A stretch of DNA of 64,000 bases, taken from the IMG/VR virus record IMGVR_UViG_3300026116_000035; one strand, given 5' to 3'. This stretch comes from a virus (lineage: Duplodnaviria > Caudoviricetes). A program made the position numbers and the translations under genes. Shown here one piece after another: positions 59,256-64,000 of the stretch (position 1 is its first letter; each line of letters starts with the position of its first letter). Under the pieces are notes generated by a model. That model had not been told where the DNA came from and made no database searches. It was given only the letters and a program-made list of their open reading frames with translations.

Positions 59256-59798
59256 ATGATTTTAAATATTTTGATTATAATTACAACAATATTATTAATT
59301 ATAAGTATTGAAAATAATAATAATTGGTGGTTATGTTTTTTAACACTTTCTGTTGGCAGCTATATATGGTTTTCTAATAATTTTCATAATATTTTTAATT
59401 TTATTCAACATAACGTTTTAAAAACTACTATATATTTTTTAACATATATAATTATTGGAATCATATGGTCATTTATAAAATGGCTTCTATATTTAATTGA
59501 TTGCCGAACTGAATGGAAAAACTTTTGGGAAATAAGAAAAACTCAACAGCATTTTAATCCAGAATTTCATAAACCACCAATACCTAAAGTTTCTGAACGA
59601 TTAGATTTTATAATCTCTTGGATTTTATATTGGCCTTTTAGTTTAATTGGTACATTATTAAACAATATTTTTAGAAAAGCTATTACTTATATAATTAAGA
59701 AGATTGATGGGATATATAAATTAATTGCTATGAAAATATATAAAGATGATTTGGTTATGGTTGAAAAAACAATTAAAGAATTTAAATCTAATAAATAA
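59256..59798 (+). CDS. predicted membrane protein
   Basis: Several hydrophobic segments; WILYWPFSL. Confidence 0.6.
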   Translation: MILNILIIITTILLIISIENNNNWWLCFLTLSVGSYIWFSNNFHNIFNFIQHNVLKTTIYFLTYIIIGIIWSFIKWLLYLIDCRTEWKNFWEIRKTQQHFNPEFHKPPIPKVSERLDFIISWILYWPFSLIGTLLNNIFRKAITYIIKKIDGIYKLIAMKIYKDDLVMVEKTIKEFKSNK

Positions 59799-59830
59799 TT
59801 AAATATTAAATTTCTTAGTTCGAGCAGTTG

Positions 59831-59866
59831 AAGGTCGATCAATATAAAAATTGGTCGGCCTTTTTT
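59831..59866 (+). terminator. rho-independent terminator
   Basis: 13-bp stem AAGGTCGATCAAT / ATTGGTCGGCCTT with two G-U pairs, followed by a T run. Confidence 0.8.
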
Positions 59867-59890
59867 ATTATTAAGGCCCAAGGAGTTATA

Positions 59891-60919
59891 ATGGTTTTAA
59901 ATGTTCGTAAAGGTCTTACATTTGACGATGTTTTGCTTGTCCCAAAATATTCTACAATTGATAGTCGTAAAAATATAGATGTATCAGTTGATCTTGGAAA
60001 GGGAGTTAAATTATCTATACCTATTATTTCAGCTAATATGAAAAATATTACTGAATTAAATATGGCTTTAAAAATTGCTGAAATGGGAGGGTTGGCAATA
60101 TTACATAGATTTTATGATAATCCTTTACATGATCAACTTAGTGTTTTTTATGAAGTTATCAAAGTTAATCCTAAATATATAAATCATGTTGGTGTCTCTA
60201 TTGGTGTTCAAGATAGTGACTTTGAACAAGTTTGTGAATTTGTTCAACACGGTATTAAAATAATTTGTTTAGATATAGCTCATGCTCATAGTGCAGCTGC
60301 CGGTGAAATGGTATCCAAAATTAAAGCTAACTATCCAAATGTATTATTAATTGCCGGTAATGTTTCAACGGCAGAAGCATTTACATTTTTAGCAAAAGCA
60401 GGAGCGGATGTAATAAAATCTGGAGTTGGTGCAGGTTCAATTTGCACTACACGTATTGAAACAGGTAATGGTGTTCCGCAATTAACTGCATTATCTGAAT
60501 GTTATCAAGTTATGGATAGAATATTCCCTAACGTAAAAATCATTGCTGATGGTGGTATAAAAGCTGCCGGAGATCTTACTAAATGTTTATGTTTTTCTCA
60601 TGCCGTTATGTTAGGTAATTTATTAGCTGGTACTGATGAAGCTCCAGGTGAAACTACTTATATTGATGGTAAATCTTATAAATCATATAATGGCAGTTCT
60701 ACATTTAAAAAAGATCATATTGAAGGAGTTTCGGCCCTAGTTCCTATAAAAGGTCCCGTAGAAAATGTAATAAATAAATTATTACAAGGTTTAAAATCAG
60801 GATGTAGTTATCAAGGTGTAGATAATCTTCAAGACTTAAAAGAATATCCTGAATTTATTTCAGTAACTAATGCTGGATTGATTGAATCACGTGCTCATGA
60901 TGTTATTGTTGTAAAATAG
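59891..60919 (+). CDS. IMP dehydrogenase / GMP reductase family protein (no CBS domains)
   Basis: [62 protein letters not shown]; true start ATG 59891 behind AGGAG. Confidence 0.9.
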   Translation: MVLNVRKGLTFDDVLLVPKYSTIDSRKNIDVSVDLGKGVKLSIPIISANMKNITELNMALKIAEMGGLAILHRFYDNPLHDQLSVFYEVIKVNPKYINHVGVSIGVQDSDFEQVCEFVQHGIKIICLDIAHAHSAAAGEMVSKIKANYPNVLLIAGNVSTAEAFTFLAKAGADVIKSGVGAGSICTTRIETGNGVPQLTALSECYQVMDRIFPNVKIIADGGIKAAGDLTKCLCFSHAVMLGNLLAGTDEAPGETTYIDGKSYKSYNGSSTFKKDHIEGVSALVPIKGPVENVINKLLQGLKSGCSYQGVDNLQDLKEYPEFISVTNAGLIESRAHDVIVVK

Positions 60920-61032
60920 AATCGCATTTTAAAAATCAATTTAGCTATTTTTATTTTATTAATAACGTTAAAATCGAGATTTATGATTCGTCACACCTAT
61001 AAAAGGTGATTGACATATAATAAGGATTTAAA

Positions 61033-61401
61033 ATGGATGAAGTTAATTTATTAAGTAAAGTTATAAAGGTAGTTACGTATTTATATCGTGGAGATGTAAT
61101 GGCTCCTAATGTATTAATATCGGAATTACCAAATAAAAAGGTTTATCTTTCTATTAATCGATATCTTGACCGCAAAGATAAAACTAATAAAACAATTTTA
61201 TTTAAAGCTACTAAAAATAATGTAAATGAAGCTTTAGTAGCTGCCGCAAAATGGTTAGTTCTTCAGAAAAAAGAATCTAAAAACCCAATAGAAGAATTAA
61301 AAGAAATAGTAGAGGTACCTTCTCAATCAACTGTAAAATCAAAAACTCGTTCTTCTCTTAAGCAAGATCAGCTTTTGACAGATTTAGATTATTGGAGTTG
61401 A
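61033..61401 (+). CDS. hypothetical protein
   Basis: 122-aa ORF with AAGGA SD. Confidence 0.6.
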   Translation: MDEVNLLSKVIKVVTYLYRGDVMAPNVLISELPNKKVYLSINRYLDRKDKTNKTILFKATKNNVNEALVAAAKWLVLQKKESKNPIEELKEIVEVPSQSTVKSKTRSSLKQDQLLTDLDYWS

Positions 61402-61414
61402 TCCATTATTTAAA

Positions 61415-61754
61415 ATGGATAAAGAAGATCCTAGAAAAACTGGATTAAAAAATGGGCTAAGACAATTAACAATTTCTCAATTAAAACGAATAATGGAATA
61501 TTCAGGAGAAATGGTTTTAGATGAAGTTAATTTTAAGGATGGTTGTTTTTTGCCCACTTGCTATCGGATTAGAATTAGATAAAAATTTAATTAATCCTAA
61601 TCATAATTTAGTATTTGAAACCCTAACTAAATTAGGATATAAAGTATATAATGCCCGTGGAATAAAAGGTAATTTTTATACTTCAAATAGAAAAGAAGAT
61701 TTAATCCTTGCAGCTAAAGAAGTATTAAATGAAAAGTTATCTACATTAGAGTGA
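61415..61754 (+). pseudogene. apparently one gene split by a +1 frameshift at a T6 run (or a homopolymer assembly error)
   Basis: ORF 61415-61582 (MDKEDPRKTGLK...NFKDGCF) continues as CPLAIGLELDK... in the +1 frame if one T of 61546-61551 is removed. Confidence 0.6.
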
Positions 61755-61809
61755 GTAAATTATTTTTTAAATTTAGAAGAAAATTTTGAATATAACTTAT
61801 AAGGATTAA

Positions 61810-62640
61810 ATGTATTCAGCTAAAATATTAAAAGATTCATTAGCAGCTTCAGGGGCACGTCTTACAACTATGGAAATTACTTTTCCTAGAATTGTATTAC
61901 CGGAATTAAATACTCATAGAATTTGTAGTAGAAATTCAGCTTCATCAAGAGCTATACCTAGTGAAAAAATAATTAAACGTGTAATGCAAGACCCATTTTT
62001 ACCAGTTTATTGGGGTAAAAATAAAAAAGGAATGTCAGCCGAATCTGAATTAAGCATTTCTGAACAATTTGAAGCTAATTTAATATGGATAGAAGCTAGA
62101 AATAATGCAGTAGATTCAGTCAGAAAGTTATTGAAACTAGGCGTCCATAAGCAAATAGCTAATAGATTATTGGAACCATTTATATGGCAAACCGTAATTA
62201 TTTCGGCAACTAGTTGGGATAATTTTTTTAATTTACGTTGTCATCCAGACGCACAGCCAGAAATTAGAAAAATAGCCTTAATGATGCGTGATTTATATTA
62301 TTCATGCATACCTAATTCTGATTTGTCTAAAACATTTAATTGGCATCTGCCATTACTTGATGATGAAGAATTTAATGAATTGATAAAAATATATTCATTA
62401 GATGATATTATTAAAATTTCTGTAGGAAGATGTGCTAGAGTTTCTTATTTAACTCATGACGGAATTAGAGACCCTCAAGCGGATATTGAATTAACAAATA
62501 GATTATTAGCTTCTGGACATATGAGTCCTAGTGAACATATTGCTTTAGGAATGTCCGATATGAAGGTTAGTGGTAATTTTGTTGGATGGCAACAATTTAG
62601 AAAAACACTACCAAATGAAAATATATTTGTGAGTAACTAA
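61810..62640 (+). CDS. thyX: FAD-dependent thymidylate synthase
   Basis: ELNTHRICSRNSASSRAIP (ThyX motif), HKQIANRLLEP, LRCHPDAQPEI, RCARVSY, HMSPSEH. Confidence 0.9.
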   Translation: MYSAKILKDSLAASGARLTTMEITFPRIVLPELNTHRICSRNSASSRAIPSEKIIKRVMQDPFLPVYWGKNKKGMSAESELSISEQFEANLIWIEARNNAVDSVRKLLKLGVHKQIANRLLEPFIWQTVIISATSWDNFFNLRCHPDAQPEIRKIALMMRDLYYSCIPNSDLSKTFNWHLPLLDDEEFNELIKIYSLDDIIKISVGRCARVSYLTHDGIRDPQADIELTNRLLASGHMSPSEHIALGMSDMKVSGNFVGWQQFRKTLPNENIFVSN

Positions 62641-62811
62641 ATGAATAAAAATAAAATAATTGAGCTAATTGAAGAAAATGGTATTTTAATTACTGGTATG
62701 CCGATTTGGGATACAGAAAAAGATCAAAATGATACTATTAATAGTGTAGCAGATTTCGCTTTGAAAATGTATAACTTAGGATTAAATGAAAGAAAAAAAT
62801 ATGTCAAATAA
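62641..62811 (+). CDS. 56-aa hypothetical protein (MNKNKIIELIEENG...NERKKYVK)
   Basis: Manually translated; the ATG immediately follows the thyX stop. Confidence 0.5.
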   Translation: MNKNKIIELIEENGILITGMPIWDTEKDQNDTINSVADFALKMYNLGLNERKKYVK

Positions 62812-63028
62812 AAATGAAGATGTTGTCTCAGAATTAGAAAACAAGTATAACTCTATTAAAGAATTAGTTCATGAATTTAATAAGTTAGCTCAAAATAATA
62901 AACTACCAACACGAGTAGGTTGTGTTATAAACGAAAATGATAAAGATAATGAAGATGAAGAATATGATTATTGTGAAGAATTAGGATTTTCCTATGAAGG
63001 TTGGCAGCCTTCATCAATATCATGCTGA
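62786..63028 (+). CDS. acidic small protein ending GWQPSSISC (WxPSSxC family, copy 1)
   Basis: IKELVHEFNKLAQ core plus the terminal motif shared with the next three genes. Confidence 0.75.
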   Translation: MKEKNMSNKNEDVVSELENKYNSIKELVHEFNKLAQNNKLPTRVGCVINENDKDNEDEEYDYCEELGFSYEGWQPSSISC

Positions 63029-63050
63029 TTTTTAATTACAGGTAAATGGT

Positions 63051-63428
63051 ATGCTAAAAATAGATGATAAAATTCTTAAAGTAAAAGAAACAATAGATAA
63101 ATTAAATAAAGATTATGAACGATTAATTGCTGAAAAAGCTTTAGAGATAGAAAAAGAAAAAGAGAAACTACGTGCTCTAAGAACTCCACAGCAACTTGAA
63201 TTAAGTGATATTCGTAATAATATTAAAGATTTAGTTGATAAATACAATGACATTGCTCAAAATTCGGCCTATGATACAAAAGTAGCTTTATTTACTTACA
63301 ATGGTCAAAATATCTATGTTTTAGATGAATATGGTGAAAATGAATACAAAGAATATTTCCCCGAGTATGATAATATTAATAAACATCCTAATTATCAGCA
63401 TTGGTATCCAAGTTCTACAGATTGTTAA
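63051..63428 (+). CDS. WxPSSxC family protein, copy 2 (ends HWYPSSTDC)
   Basis: IKDLVDKYNDIAQ core; N-terminal coiled coil. Confidence 0.75.
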   Translation: MLKIDDKILKVKETIDKLNKDYERLIAEKALEIEKEKEKLRALRTPQQLELSDIRNNIKDLVDKYNDIAQNSAYDTKVALFTYNGQNIYVLDEYGENEYKEYFPEYDNINKHPNYQHWYPSSTDC

Positions 63429-63451
63429 TTTAAATTAGAAAGAAATATAAA

Positions 63452-63724
63452 ATGGATCAAGAAAAACGATATGAAGACATTGCTAAGTTAATTAAAGAAT
63501 ATAATGAATTTGCAATAAGTAAAAACTCTAATGTTCGATTAGGTATAGCTTCATCTAGATTATATAGAGATGATGATGATCATGATGATGATGAAAATCA
63601 GGATAATAAAGTTTTAACTCATGAAGAATTTATAAAAGAAATTGGTTATTATGATAATAATACTAGCATTTCTATTCATGCATTTGGTACAGATGCTGGT
63701 TGGTTTCCCAGCAGTATTTGTTAA
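63452..63724 (+). CDS. WxPSSxC family protein, copy 3 (ends GWFPSSIC)
   Basis: IAKLIKEYNEFA core; poly-Asp linker. Confidence 0.75.
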   Translation: MDQEKRYEDIAKLIKEYNEFAISKNSNVRLGIASSRLYRDDDDHDDDENQDNKVLTHEEFIKEIGYYDNNTSISIHAFGTDAGWFPSSIC

Positions 63725-63729
63725 ACACT

Positions 63730-64000
63730 ATGGTAAACAAACCTTGGAATTGTGATTTTACTGAAGCTCAAATTCAAAAAGAAATTGACGCTAAATTAAA
63801 ATTAATTGATTTAGAATCTAAAATTAAAGAATTATTTTCTCAATATAATGAAATTGTAAAAGAAAATAATCTTAGTCCATATATTATTTATACCACAGTA
63901 AATTATTTAAATAGTGAATTAAGTCCAGATAGTTGTAATGATATGGATACTATTCTTAAAATATATAATGAAAATAATGGTTGGTACGCAAGTTCTTGGT
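63730..64000 (+). CDS. WxPSSxC family protein, copy 4, truncated by the window end (MVNKPWNC...GWYASSW)
   Basis: Manually translated open frame to the window edge; IKELFSQYNEIVK core and GWYASSW, next base T (compatible with a Cys codon). Confidence 0.7.
   Translation, partial: MVNKPWNCDFTEAQIQKEIDAKLKLIDLESKIKELFSQYNEIVKENNLSPYIIYTTVNYLNSELSPDSCNDMDTILKIYNENNGWYASSW

Noticed and set aside
11508-59881. All minus-strand ORFs in the track (11508, 21098, 31269, 35861, 39947, 42658, 44388, 50633, 50896, 55086, 55388, 59687)
   Set aside because: Each lies antisense to a well-supported + strand gene and has no recognisable motif; these are shadow ORFs
59828-59890. N-terminal extension of the IMPDH/GMPR ORF
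   Set aside because: Overlaps a terminator hairpin; an AGGAG SD points to ATG 59891
1-64000. Eukaryotic giant virus (NCLDV) or cellular chromosome origin, suggested by the eukaryote-like RNR, the PARP and the glycan cluster
   Set aside because: SD sites, operon-style overlaps, sigma-70, DnaB/DnaC-like genes and phage fibre repeats indicate a bacteriophage; no ribosomal or core cellular genes are present
1-64000. Stop-codon reassignment, tRNA/rRNA genes, or chimallin
   Set aside because: TAA, TAG and TGA all terminate full-length genes with dense coding; no cloverleaf, rRNA or ChmA-like gene was recognised by eye (tRNAscan-SE and HMM searches would be decisive)

Overview
This is a 64-kb fragment of a very AT-rich, gene-dense, large (jumbo-type) dsDNA bacteriophage. 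The phage call rests on Shine-Dalgarno sites, ATGA/TAATG gene overlaps, a sigma-70-family factor, DnaB and tail-fibre genes, with no core cellular housekeeping genes. Essentially every real gene is on the + strand and the standard code fits. In order: (1) a ~23-kb glycan biosynthesis/modification island with GT2/GT4/GT10/GT11-like transferases, a carbamoyltransferase, a methyltransferase, nucleotidyltransferases, HAD phosphatases, gmd, fcl and rfbB; (2) a tubulin/FtsZ-family GTPase and an SF2 helicase; (3) a tandem array of 14 intact paralogous ~65-75 aa His/Cys zinc-finger-like microproteins plus one remnant, inserted in the replication operon ahead of a DnaC-like loader and DnaB; (4) a sigma factor, nrdB, and an nrdA fractured at its catalytic cysteine by a split intein, with a free-standing endonuclease between the halves; (5) methionine aminopeptidase and a small basic DNA-binding protein in its own transcription unit; (6) a modular tail fibre/tailspike block with a perfect 49-bp repeat between two genes; (7) an FAD oxidoreductase, a DEDDh exonuclease, a HAD, a full-architecture WGR-regulatory-catalytic PARP, an IMPDH/GMPR-family enzyme and ThyX; (8) the start of a second paralog array of small acidic proteins ending in W-x-(P/A)-S-S-x-C. 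The best candidates for an undescribed system are the zinc-finger microprotein array and the WxPSSxC array. The split-intein RNR and the PARP are the most striking examples of known but rare systems. All product calls come from motifs read by eye; no database searches were run.
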